From NCBI RefSeq assembly GCF_964355755.1, contig NC_092670.1, forward strand, positions 12,014,795-12,078,794: a stretch of DNA of 64,000 nucleotides, read 5' to 3'. This DNA comes from Antedon mediterranea. Its lineage: Eukaryota; Animalia; Echinodermata. Of the stretch, positions 1 to 12,616 are shown piece by piece. The translations under genes and the position numbers were made by a program. The first letter of the stretch is position 1, and each line of letters begins with the position of its first letter. The notes beneath the pieces are model-generated. The model had not been told where the DNA came from, ran no database searches, and was given only the letters and a program-made list of their open reading frames with translations.

Positions 1-1216
1 AATTTGGGTTAATAACTTGGAAATACATGTTGCTAACAAGGTGCGTAGATAAACCACAGTCTACTTATCTGAACAATACGTATGTTTTCTGTGTTTTTAA
101 CTTTCTCTGTAAATTTGGATTTTGATCAGGGAAACTTGGAAAATTGATTACGACAAACTGACTATTCATTGTAACTTCTCAAAGTGTGTCAATGTTTAAT
201 CATATCATATTACCTCAATAATAATTTTGATATGTTTTAGTAACAGCTAGAGGACAGATGAACTCCTTTACCTACACCTTCACATAATAGTCTGTGTGTG
301 ACATATTACCGCAACTCACAGATTTCCGACTGTCAGGGCTTGGTCTTTAGTTACCGCTTTACCTTAGGCTAGTATTTCGTCACTTCCTACTGTAGTTCTA
401 TATCGTCACATGGTTATGATCTTTCAGTATTATATATCATCCGGGTTGTTTTTATAGTTAAATTAGAATAATCACATTATCAACCGTTATATCAAATAAG
501 TTTCCTAACATGTATTGTACTTTTTTCATTCTAAATTAATGATATTATGTAACACAGATACTGGCTCGCTTCATTTAATTAAATTTATAAAAAAAGAAAA
601 AACAAAAAGGTTATAAACAAGTACATAATTATACAGTAGGTCTAATTAATAGCAATTAGTAGTTTTTCTCTCTCTAGATTGTAGTAGGCCTAATATGAGA
701 AGTCTAGATATTATCAATGATTGTATCAAGTCCTAAATTGACCCAATGTTATGTTTGTAAACTGTGCGCACGCATTACATATTTTGCGTTTGAATGCGCA
801 TTTGAAATTTAATGAGCTATACGGTATAATTATATACCTGATATTGTACATTTATTCCCGATTTTGTTTTGTTGGTAATCTATGCCACCAGCCTGGATAT
901 ATACCCAATCCCACGAGACATTTACGTTTTTGATCACTTGTTATTAGATACACTTATGCATATAATTTTAAAAGAAGATTTAGGCCCTAAATAGATCCTA
1001 AAATAAATTTTCCCAACGGATGGAAGACATATTAGGCCTAAAAAAAAAAGTTTGTTTGCTGTCATCCGCCGCCCCTAATTTCGTCAAAAATTTGGGGCGG
1101 AGATAAGACGTTTTTACGTTGAGGGCGCTTAAAAAAAAGTTTTTTTATGATTTTTTTTGGCCGAAAAGGTGTAAAAATCAAGTGTGCGAGGATGAAACAA
1201 TAAAAATAATAACGTA

Positions 1217-2161
1217 GCGTATATTTCGGTGTATAATCGCACTTTTGACACGCAAATTTAACCTCTAAATTAAGGGTGCGTCTTATACACCGAACATAAA
1301 TGCCTCAACACACAGATATCGCCACCTCGTTGGCTACGCTTGGGCTTTTTAAGGCAAGGCCTAGGCCTATTAGTATTATTACTAAAGAGTAGGCCTAGCC
1401 TAGCTACAGTGTACTAGCGTAACAGCAACCTGCTAGTTTTCAAGACATTTTAGCGTGATTTTGTACTAAATATGATGAAAAGATTTGTTCATTATGGAGC
1501 TGTTTTAGGCGCTCCGATAAAATTTCATTTGTAAACGTTTACGATTGGATTATAGTTATACGCACGACCGTCGTACCCCCAGCGCGAGCGAGCCCTTCTT
1601 GGCAACCACATGGTGTACAGTATTCGCCTAGTATATTCTCCAGTTGATTATAGCATAGCATAGCATAGCATAGCATAGACCTAGCGTACACACTTCTAGG
1701 ATACATAGATACTAATCGAATACGATTGTCCGTGAAATCGTGAGCCTCTCGATAAAAGGATCGAGCGAGGCTAGCCAACACACACGTGCGGTCATGCACT
1801 CGATGTTGCGGGTGCGAAACTCATGAATAACAAGTTAAGCGTGGTTCCCACTAGAACGTAACGCAAGGACGTAAACGCAACGCAAGCGTTTTAACCAATG
1901 ACATGCGAAGTTATAGACATTTAGCAATCACAAGCGAATAAGTCATCGCTTGTGATTGGTCAATTCACTTGCGTTGCGTTACGTCCTTGTGCTGCGTCGC
2001 TAGTGGGAACCACGCTCTAGAAAGAACTGATGGAATGGGGGACTTCCCTTCTTGTTGAGGCTGGGCGCGGCCGTCTTATACATCGACGATATACAAAATA
2101 CCGATATTTACTCTCAGTTATACACAGGTGCGACTTATACACCGAATTCCGAAATATACGG
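1217..2161. mobile_element. Tc2/pogo-like (Tc1/mariner superfamily) non-autonomous element
   Basis: TA-flanked TIRs (g/c)CGTATATTTCGGTGTATAATCGCAC ... GTGCGACTTATACACCGAA..AAATATACGG; internal copies of the GTCTTATACAcCGA motif at ~1280 and ~2073. Confidence 0.75.
1838..2016. mobile_element. Palindromic MITE, family A (PIF/Harbinger-like TWA target)
   Basis: TIR AGCGTGGTTCCCACTAG; near-identical inverted copy at 34309-34487. Confidence 0.85.
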
Positions 2162-5100
2162 TACACTAACTTCTAAAATATTTAATTAGGCCTGCTAACA
2201 ACGACCTAGTAGGCCTAGCCTAGGCTGGTTTAGACACGGGGCCTAACGCGCCCAAAACAGAATTAAAGTGTGAAACAAATTATGAATAGATGTTTGAGCT
2301 CGTTGTTTTATTCAGTGTGTTTTGTTACTCTCAAATTCGCGTACAATTAACAGAGAAATTAACATTGAAAAAAAAAAAAAAAAAAAAAAAACTTTTTTTC
2401 ACCCGCCCCCCCCCCCCTCCCCACCCTACCAAAAAAAAAAATTTACAGCAAACAGACATTTTTTTTTTAGGCCTTATAATTAGGCCTAATCGAAATTTAC
2501 ACAAAATAAATTTACCCACAAGTGAACTTTTTGTTATTACAACAATTCGAATTCCTCGAAATAAACTTTAAGGGAATTAATTTAGATTAAAGGTTGTTTC
2601 TGAAGATGAAAGAATAAGACTAGCTAAATTTTCAGCTTTTTTTATAGGTAGCCTAAGTTGCGCAAAGAACGTATTTATAACATGAAACGGTATTTTGAAC
2701 ATTCCATTTTGGTATCATTTTAACCTAAATGCCTGTCTAGATATCCACATGAGGATTGAAAAAAAGTATATACATTAATCCACGTTATTATTACGAGTAT
2801 AGCTATGTTGGCATGCTCTTTCTCTATCTAAGTTAAATACAGTCAATCCTGCTATTTAACGTGTCCTACGTGTGTGGTCAACATTACATCTGAAATATCG
2901 GAGTTAAACCGGAGTTACGTAGGCATTGTGTCGGATCAGCTTAATTCTGATGCACACTTAACCCTAGTTTGTAATATACGGTGAATTCCGAAAAGAAAGT
3001 TAAACCAAAGACATCTTCCAGTGTACGAATCTTGACTGTCGTGGTGTTTATTAATGGTAGCAGAAGTTTTAAGTACTGTAGGCCTATTATTTAGGTCTAA
3101 CAGTTTGGTTTTCGGAAATACAAAATTTGTATTTGTCGTCAATCTTTACGATTCTTCGTATAGGCCTAACTGCAGTTAAATTGAGTAAACTCTACAAATT
3201 AATTTAAACTTTAGCCAATATACGTAGACATCCTTCCTAATTTGGTGTTTAAATATATCTGTGGTTTTAAGTTATTTTTAAACTCTTATTGTTGATCAGA
3301 CTATTTGAAATCAATCAGATGTATAGTAATTATATTAGTAAATATACTTCAAACAAACTAATTTAGGAGTTCAATCTGATCGTGCTACAGTATCTAAAAA
3401 TACAAGTGAAATTGCAAAATATTAATTAGAAATCTTAACACTTCTATACCAATATCTCGGAAACATCAGTTTGCAGTTTAATACCTCGTTCATGATTGAC
3501 GGCATTTTTAAAAGCATCTATTGCAAACTTGTACAAATTCTTTTCTTTAAATTCAAGATTACACTTGCTAATTAGAGACCTGACAGAAAGATTACCTTAT
3601 CATTTCGTTTGATAAGTAGAGCGGCGTGCCAAATTTATATTAAAATAACTTCAGGAAATGAATTGGTCAATTTAAAAATACACATATTTTTATTAAACTT
3701 ATTTTATAAATAATTTAAATATTATGTCTGATAATTAATTAAGTATAATTTTAGATGTTTACAAGAAAACGTCATTCTATACTTGGATATAGCAAATATA
3801 TGAATATATATATTGGCGCGCGCGTGCAAATAATGATAATATGACACGCACTCGTACAAATACCGGCAATGGTACGCGCGTCAACTACTGTATGTTTTAA
3901 ACATATATTTTCTTCAACGGCGGACCACCAAACGTTAACGTGAGCATCCAGGCATCTCAATTATCATATTTATATATCAATTTCATGTGTATTTTTATCC
4001 AAATGTGTAAACCTAAAGGCATTTATACTATCGGATTTTATTTCTCTGTCAGATCCACTTAAACTGTTTAAAAGCAAAACATCTATCATGCCGGTTATTT
4101 GTATACCACCAGAGGTTGATGGTCCATTTACGACGATTTAATTCTAAAAAAGAATGATTTAATTCCTTAAAAAAATTAAGTTGATATCACATTTTAAGTG
4201 ACTTAGGCCTATATAGTAATCATTAATAAAAGCTGGTTAAATGGTTAGTTTATACTTAAAGCTATTATTAAAAATGGAATATCTAGATTTTTAAAAAGAA
4301 TTCGAAATATCAATGTTGCATTGATTATAAGTTAATCTAAACTGATTTTTTTTTCTAAGGAAATTAATCTCATGATTCAAACAACAAAACATGTTTATTG
4401 TAGATCCGATAACAACCTAGCGTGGAAGTTGGAAATGAGCAGATTCCCCGCCAAAATTTTTTTTTTTTTTTTAAATCTTATAATCGACTTTTGATGCATC
4501 GATTTGGTATGGTTTAATCAACAAACATCGGTAATTTACTATATTTGTACACGCCCGCCTATAAATCCGGCTCTGTGCAAGTGGACTGAACTATGGTTTT
4601 CTTTCTAGAAATCTTAACATTGTGTGTTTGTTTAATTTGTAAGATGTAACAGCCGTATTGTAAATATCCCTCGGCGTATATCGGTATTATGTGGCATATA
4701 TGTGTATTGCCACTACGGGGGTTATTGTAGATTTTCGGACTTCCCTTCTCAAATGAACAAACTCAATTTTCCACATCATCATTGACTTTACGTAGACAGA
4801 CACATATGTTGTACGCGTAAGTTCAAACGTTGTTGAAATAGCAGTTTGTACGCGCGCGTGTAAAAGTTGGCGATGGTATCATCTTACGCGCGCGTTCAAA
4901 CGTTGGCGATATGGTATATTTTTGCACGAGCGCGTTCCCACGTTAGTGTTGTTGTACACACAACATTGTACCTGAATGGTAAATCAACATTTCCAATTAC
5001 TTTACAATGTTACAATAAATAATGAGATAAATAGGATTGGCGTTTCGGAAACTTTTATGAAACTGCATCTTTTACATCTATATGAAATTACATCCAGTGT

Positions 5101-8100
5101 AATTATGTTAAAGGTTTTGATCACTATCAATTGGGCCGTTCCATGAGAACATTTTAAATAATCTATCTTTAGTTTATAAACGAGGTTAATAAATACAATA
5201 TACGACCCTGGCCACACAATTTTTTAGACATCAAGCTGATTTAAAGGTACGCGATTCCTTTTTAAGGCAATACCTTATCATACGAACCAAGCTCCAGGGC
5301 AGCCCGAAGCATTTCGTCCTGCGGGGAGCTCAGGGTGTTGGACCCGCCAGTATAATTGACGGTGGCTAGAAATAGAACCGCAAATGTTTACTTTTCTAAT
5401 TTTTCCCAGTGGGACACAAAGAGGATGATTACATCTCATTGTTTCTGCTATCAACATTATATGGCCTCTCTCACTACCCGACATAATTTAATATAATATC
5501 TTTATATAGATTATTCTGTGTATCATCTTTTCTGCTGAACTTCAGCTAGTTAAACCCGGTTAGCCCGTCTACCGTCTGATGCCGTCAGCACGGCTCTTTT
5601 GCTGACGATATGCAATAAAGTTACCATTGAAAATCTATTTACGTTTAATGTTTAATGCTATTTCTAAATTAAAGTGTCTTCATCTGTGTAATACTCGGAC
5701 AGAGATGTAGGCCAACTATAAGTGGTGTTCAGACAATGACGCACGTTTGATGTTTTTACGCCTGAAGTCAAAATAATGTTTTCGTTTCCTGTTTGATTCT
5801 TTCTGTGAATCTTTCACAATATTCTGATGTAGCAAAACAACGCTTCTTCTTTCACGAGTTTCACATTATCGTTTGCAAAGCACAACATGTTTTCTGTACT
5901 TCCGCTTTTTTTTATAAAAACAAATAAGTAGTTTTTAAAAATAAATAACATATAGCATATTAAACGTTATAATAGCCACAGTTCGAAGCACAAATAATGT
6001 TTATGAGTTAATGTGGAATATTATTTCATGAGTTGTTCTACTTAAAATTGGACAGGGTATCAACTAATAAAACATTCTCCTAATTCAACAAACAAAAATA
6101 TTTATATTTGTTTTATAACTTCTATTCACTAATTTGCTGCTTCCAAATTGATTCAGAATGTTTAGTTTGAGGTTAGGCCATTCATCCATGAAGGCAATTC
6201 AAACTCGGGATTTTGGAAACGGAGGAAATGGTGCACGATGTTGGTCTTTGAACGTCCAACAGTCCGTCACCAGTTTCGCGTTGCACAACAAAAATGTTTA
6301 AACGAAAAGATGAAAGTCCAATAGAAAAATGTACTTTAATAATATATTCAAGACAAGAACTAAATAATACTGAACGGCAGTGTCAGACAAACATTCCATG
6401 ATGTAAAAATAAACTCAGGTGTGTTATAGGCCTTCTGTAGCATACATTATTTAAAGTTGAAAGGGTCATATTTGCATTCTTTTTTCTAAGGCAGTTAATT
6501 TAATGTAATCATGTATTTCTAACATAATAAAACATTAGTGATGTGTGGATAAGCTGTGTACCCAGGCCAATGGCACAACCATCTGAGAACAGGTGTTTTC
6601 CTTGTGCGGCAATGTTAAACAGTTTGTTAGTAGCATTGTTCCAGAGTTCGGCAGGATTTAGCGTCGGCTATGAATCGAGATACAGTGCTAAGTAGACCGT
6701 GTTATTATGTTTAAAATCTATAAGAACTTAGTATTTCAGATTATTCAGAAATAAATCTTAAGATATGGCTTACTTAGAATTATAATCCTTGACATAATTT
6801 AAGATGCGGTCATATATTTCCAGACAATTTATATTTAAATGATATTGTCTCCCAAAAACATGAAAAATGAAAATAAATAAAAAAAAAAGAATAAAAAAGC
6901 TATTTCGCATTTAATCATTTTTGTAAAAAAACTAACAAAACAACATTTTTTTTCACTTATAAAAAGACAAAATTAACGGTTAAATTCAAAAATTTACTAT
7001 TCTTTTATAATTATTATTAAAAATAAAATTTGTTTGAAAGTTTTCTAGCATGGTAAGTGTAATTTCTTTTTCAAGTTGACACTAATGAGAAGACGAAGTG
7101 TGCGTGCAGCAGAACATGTTTACCACATTTTTAGCAAACGACTTTTTAATGTGAATGTTTAAATTAATGTATTAGTCACATTAACATGACCTACATTCAG
7201 TGCCCACCCACAGTATTAAGAAATAGATAGAATCGGTATTATGTTTCTGAAAATAAAGACCTCTATCTTCATTGAGTCATTAAATTTAAAACCGGCATAT
7301 TCAGATGAAAAGAAATTTGAGAACGTTAAATGAAATTCAATGCCTATTTACACATCTACAATTGTATTTTGCGAAATAAATTTATTTACGCAAGCAAGAA
7401 CAGACAACTTAAACAAAATTAAGTTTGTGTTATAAAAAACTTTAAAGCAAACACAAAATATGTTTGAATAAAAAAAAACAACTGAACTCAAAATTTCAAC
7501 ATGCTCTTTTTTTTTTTTTAAATAAGTTAGAAACTAAACTAAATTGTTTTCTTGACACTTAAAACAAACCATTATTAGAAACAATTCATTTTAAAAACAA
7601 AGCAACTTACAATCAACCAACAAGCTAACATCAAAACAAGCAAACTTAAAAAAGTCAGCTAACAGCAAAACAGGTAAGTTAACTAAACAAGCAAGCAAGT
7701 ACATTAGCAAGCAAACAATAAAAGGCCAGTTAACAGCAATGCCAGCAAGCTAAATTTCCAAAAAGCAAGCTAAGCAAGCAAAACAAACAAGATAACAACC
7801 AAGCAAAACTTCAAAATGCTATGTTAGAAAGTTTAAAACTGAGGCTAGAAATGTCAATTTACATGGCTCACGAGCAACAAAGAAAACGACCTTTGTGTTC
7901 TTCAAAACATAGAGAGTGTGCCAAGTGTAGATCTGTATCTGACACCTGTATTGTTGATTAGCCTCGAGGTATTCAGTTATCTTGATGGAACATCCAGCGT
8001 TTCCACTTCTCTAGTTAATTGAAAAGATTAGTTCGAAGCAAACGTAATAATTCCAAGAATCTCATTTCAAATCTTCATCAACACGTTTAAATACAGAAAG

Positions 8101-8739
8101 CTTAAAAGTTATCAATTTTAAAACGGTTTATTAATATTGAATTTATATTTGACAGGCAGATCGGAAATATGTTTGCAAAAGCAAACATGGTTGTAAAACG
8201 TAGACCTATACACATGTTTACATTATTGGTCTAGTAAACCATAAAATAAATCCTACAAATTTTACTTGTAACGTCTAGACCAAGACCATGCTCAAATGTT
8301 CAATGCTACTCTGTTTCAATCTTAAACTGATCTTGGAGTTTGTATTTTTAGTATAATTCTTAAGATTTTTTCTTTCACATTTTCAGTCTTATTTTAGTTT
8401 GAGAATTAAAGTAAACAAAGTGTAAAAAAAAAGAAGACCGACCCTAAATATGTAAAATCGATTGGTTTGCAATTTTAACAAAATTATTTTATAATTTTCT
8501 CGAAAAAAGTATCCTTAACTTGAATTCGATCAAGTGATTGTTTACGTATTAGATGGTCTTCGTATCTAATTAATATTAGCGACTCTCCTGAAAGCGTTGT
8601 TATTAGATTCATCAGCTTCTAGCGCACTCAACTGGCGCCGTTCTGAACAGTTCATCCATTTTGAGAGGTTGTTACGAGTTCGACTGAGGTTCAAGAACAC
8701 TGTTCAGACTATATTGGTTCAGTAATCAATAAAGCAAGT

Positions 8740-9190
8740 CTCACTTTATGATTACAACCGTGTATGATTTATGAAAACATTATGCAAATCTATTTTTTTT
8801 AAATAAATATATATAATATCAATGTGATGTCGTTCCGAAGCTAAAATTATGATTATACATTGAAGATTTATTGTTTTAACGCAAATGATGACATTCTGCA
8901 TAACTAAACCAGATCCTTCAACCGGATACGAGATTCTGATGTGGAAACCTTATGCAAAATGCATTTTTAAATAGTATTATATTAATTATAAATATTAGTA
9001 CCGCATTTATTTCATCGCAACTGATGACATTTTCTACAAACTAAACTAGATTCTCAACGGGTTACGAGGTTTTCATTATGAAAAACCGTGTTATTTAGTG
9101 TTATTAGTTGTTTCAGAAGTATATCATAATTCTGTGTGCATAACTAAACCAGATCCCCGAGTGGGATCTGAGGTTCATATGACGTATATT
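8740..9190. repeat. Degenerate tandem repeat (AACTAAAC.AGAT.C...GGATACGAG core)
   Basis: Core recurs at ~8900, ~9040 and ~9140. Confidence 0.55.
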
Positions 9191-10169
9191 TACAAGCACA
9201 TAGTACTATAGTAACGTACTAGAAGGTTTAATTTTAGACAAATATTTTTCATATTCATATACAATAGTTATAATATGATATCTTATGACACCATACGTAA
9301 TAAATGAACACTCCACACTTCTTCCAAATCTTTATAACTTGCAAGGTATTTGAATATGAACGCGGAAAAACTTTTATGAGCTATACAATAATTGTAAAAG
9401 CTTAAATTCAGGCTAGATCATTGCCCTTTAGGCCAAACTATTCCTTACACATACCCAGGACCTGGTTATCACTGGTCGAAACAGCACGATCTGTGGATAT
9501 TACTAATTCTTTTAAGTTTTATTATAATCAAGAAGTCGTTTTCCAGTGATGCATTTGACGTCATAGCAATATAAATTACATTAATGACCTTGTGCTCCGG
9601 CCATTAAATGTTATAAGTTTAGTGAATTGACTATGTGAAAATTGAATTAGTTGAGATAATTCTTTTCCAAAGAATATGACGTCACATAAAAACCCGTCAG
9701 TGCAAACGAAAGACACTGTTCGATGCGCGCATTTTATTTGCTGATTACGGTAACGCTATCAGAACGCTTGCTCAAATAATACACGCGCGCGTTCAGATTG
9801 TGAAGGTAAACGCACATGTTCACATGAATATAGTAAATTGTGCAATGTTTGTATATTTTGGCCTACTATGAAAGATATTGTGTGGGAAACAATTTGTTTA
9901 TATTAACACATGTAACTAATAGGAAAAGACGTGTTACGCTATTCAAGGTTGCGTTCATACGCACTGACTCATATATAAACAGTTAAGATCCTGTTAGATT
10001 AGATTTCATGTGAATTTTATGTTTGAATGACGTAACGCATGAATCATCTTGTAGGAATCGGAAATTTGTTTTTGATACGTCGGTTTGCCAGTTGAGGCAC
10101 CAAGTAAAACTCATGAGAATTGTAGTTATTATACATGACTTCATTTTATTTTTTATTTATATTTTACAG

Positions 10170-10319
10170 GTGTGCAAATGTTGTCGTGAAAACAGGCTGA
10201 GGATAAAAAAGGTAGAACTTCGGAAATGCTACACAGAAGACAAGGTACTCATTCCAAATGAAAGATACACAGTGGACATCCGAGAACCAGAGTCTTGTTC
10301 CTGCTCAACGTGTGGATGA
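10170..10319 (+). CDS. Last coding exon of a bursicon beta-type cystine-knot hormone subunit (upstream exons not confidently located)
   Basis: Polypyrimidine acceptor ttttacag| then VCKCCRENRLRIKKVELRKCYTEDKVLIPNERYTVDIREPESCSCSTCG*. The pattern CxCCRE...V.L..CY...REP..C.C..CG matches the C-terminal half of bursicon beta (from recall of the family). Confidence 0.8.
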   Translation: MCKCCRENRLRIKKVELRKCYTEDKVLIPNERYTVDIREPESCSCSTCG

Positions 10320-11657
10320 AGTTTGTTGACTTTGTTCGATTATTTATTTTGAAGTGTACATTATTGCAATTCTATTGATTCTAATTCGATGCATTTTCCT
10401 ACGGACGAATAGGCAAATACGTGTCTGCGAATAGACAACGCCAGTGTCTCCAAGGAGAGAAGCTAGCCTTTGGTTACAAACGATGATGTCATTATCAACT
10501 ATAATTCACATTATAGATGTACTGGGATCGAATCATGTCTCTCCGTGAGCGCAGTGACCGATTCGTAAACTTGAATACTTGAAGAGTTAATCTTAGGTGA
10601 TGTAAATGAACTTGTTACAAAGTTAAACATTTTATGCTAGTGTTTCACACTGTCATCAATCAAGTATAAGTAGAGAAAATGGGTTAATCAAGATATCTAT
10701 GAATATTTTCGCTATGTGTACGCACGTCATTCGAATTAATGTTTTGATGTTGCTATGACGACATGTCATTAGAAGCTTTGATAAAGATTAATGTTGATTG
10801 GACCAAATAATGATAATTATGGTGATCGGTCAAATATATAAGAGGAAAAAAGAACAGTTTTATTTTGAAATAATTATTGTATTTATATATATAAAGCACA
10901 GTTCTAAAATTAAAAATTAAATTTATTTGTACAGCGCAAAAAAGTAATATAAGTTTACCGTATGTATTCATATATAAGAAATATTGTTGATAGCAGGAAT
11001 AATGCGTTGGAATTTTTGACCAAGTACCTGTACAATTGACGCGTACGTACACATGCTGGTAGGCCTATATTATACCAGCGTCTGTACGCGCGCGTCAAGA
11101 CTATGTCTACGTATAGCCTACACTTTACGCGTGCGTACAGTTGCTGATAGGCCTATATTATGCCAGCGTTTGTAAACGCGCGTCTAGTCTATGTATCTCT
11201 GTTATATCATCCAGGGTCATATCTAACATCCAGGGTGGTCATAATTATTATTGTTACAGCATTACGGTCCAGTACCCCCAGCTGATTCGATATTATCGCA
11301 CCTTGAATGTTACCAATCTCTGAGGTAACGGATATTAATTACCGGTCATCGTATTGTCAGGTATAATTGTAAAGCCTTAAAAATGACAAATTCCAGAAGC
11401 CTATTGTGATAACTAGACGTGAATAATTTCGCAGTCTGACAAGTTCATTACCAATATGAAAGTATTATGAGTAGACCTATGTGTTTAATCAACGTACTGA
11501 TAATTAAAGGAATTTTCCCAATTTGTTATCGTCGTAAGTAAAAGTCTCTCCACATAAAACTACCGTATAATATGGTACGCTCTAACGTTTGGTTCTCAAT
11601 ATGACGTTAGAAAGTATCCTGTGCTCTACAGTAAAAACGTTAGTTGATGCATCATAA

Positions 11658-12616
11658 AGCTTGGCTCCCACTAGGACACAACGCAACGCAAGGAAGCAGA
11701 CGCAATGCAAGCAAGTTGACCAATCACACGCGACTGTTCGAATAATCCAACGCTTGAGATTGGTCAAATCACTTTGCTTTGCGTTACGTCCTAGTGTAAA
11801 CCAAGTTTAAAGCACAGGACAGGTAAACACGTGCTTTAGGTGAGCTGTGTTGAACAGCTTGCCGTTTCTAAAAAGAATATTGATATTTCAAATTGGGTTC
11901 AGGCGTGAGATGTAAAGGCTCACTAGCCAATGTTGGTGCAATTTGTTTATAGCTTTAAGTACACGCATATACCTATGCTTAGCGTTTGATTTCGTTAAAC
12001 CTTTGCCTGAACTTAAACATGTATACACGATATTGATTTGTAAGCTCAGAGTAATTACGATTGGGTTATTCTGATTGAAGTATTAGAATTAAAGAACAAT
12101 CTGTTTTTCATACTACCTGAGAAGGAGCTGTATGAAATAATTACAGGTATCGTACAGGTCTTAGTGATGACGTCACTGACGTTTAAGCTTGGTTCCAACT
12201 TGATAGTAAACGCAATGATGACGGCATTGCGAGGTATTGTAAGACGCGACGAATACTGTTATTGGCTCCCACGCACGAATGATGCGCAATACAAGTGAGT
12301 TGACCATCACAAGCGAAAGTTCGGATGATCCATTTTTGGTCAAAACACATGGTTGCGCTTGCAGTACGTGTCGTTGCTTTCAAGTGGGTACCAAACTTAA
12401 ACGTCAGTGACGACATCAACAAGACCGGAACGATTCGGTACCGTGATCTGTTATCATCATACGCTCAAGCACAAAGAACGAGCTAGTGTCTGCTGGGTGT
12501 ATTGTAAAGTGTTTCCCACTAGGACGCAATGCGAGGCCACAAGTCACGCGCAGCACATCGCAAGTAATTTCACCCATAATTGGTAAAATTACTTGCGTTA
12601 ACGTAGGAACCAAGCC
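11658..12616. mobile_element. Cluster of three diverged family-A-related MITEs (11658-11807, 12186-12397, ~12508-12616)
   Basis: AGCTTGGyTCCcACT ... AGTGgGAACCAAGC-type ends, TAA/TTA flanks, GACCAATCACAAGCG core. Confidence 0.7.

Larger units (their letters stand above)
1035..2473. mobile_element. Non-autonomous DNA transposon (outer element of a triple nest)
   Basis: TIRs GGCCTAAAAAAAAAAGTTTGTTTGCTGT / ACAGCAAACAGACATTTTTTTTTAGGCC flanked by TTA on both sides. Confidence 0.7.

Noticed and set aside
2290-2571. Lys/Pro-rich ORFs
   Set aside because: Homopolymer runs within a transposon end.
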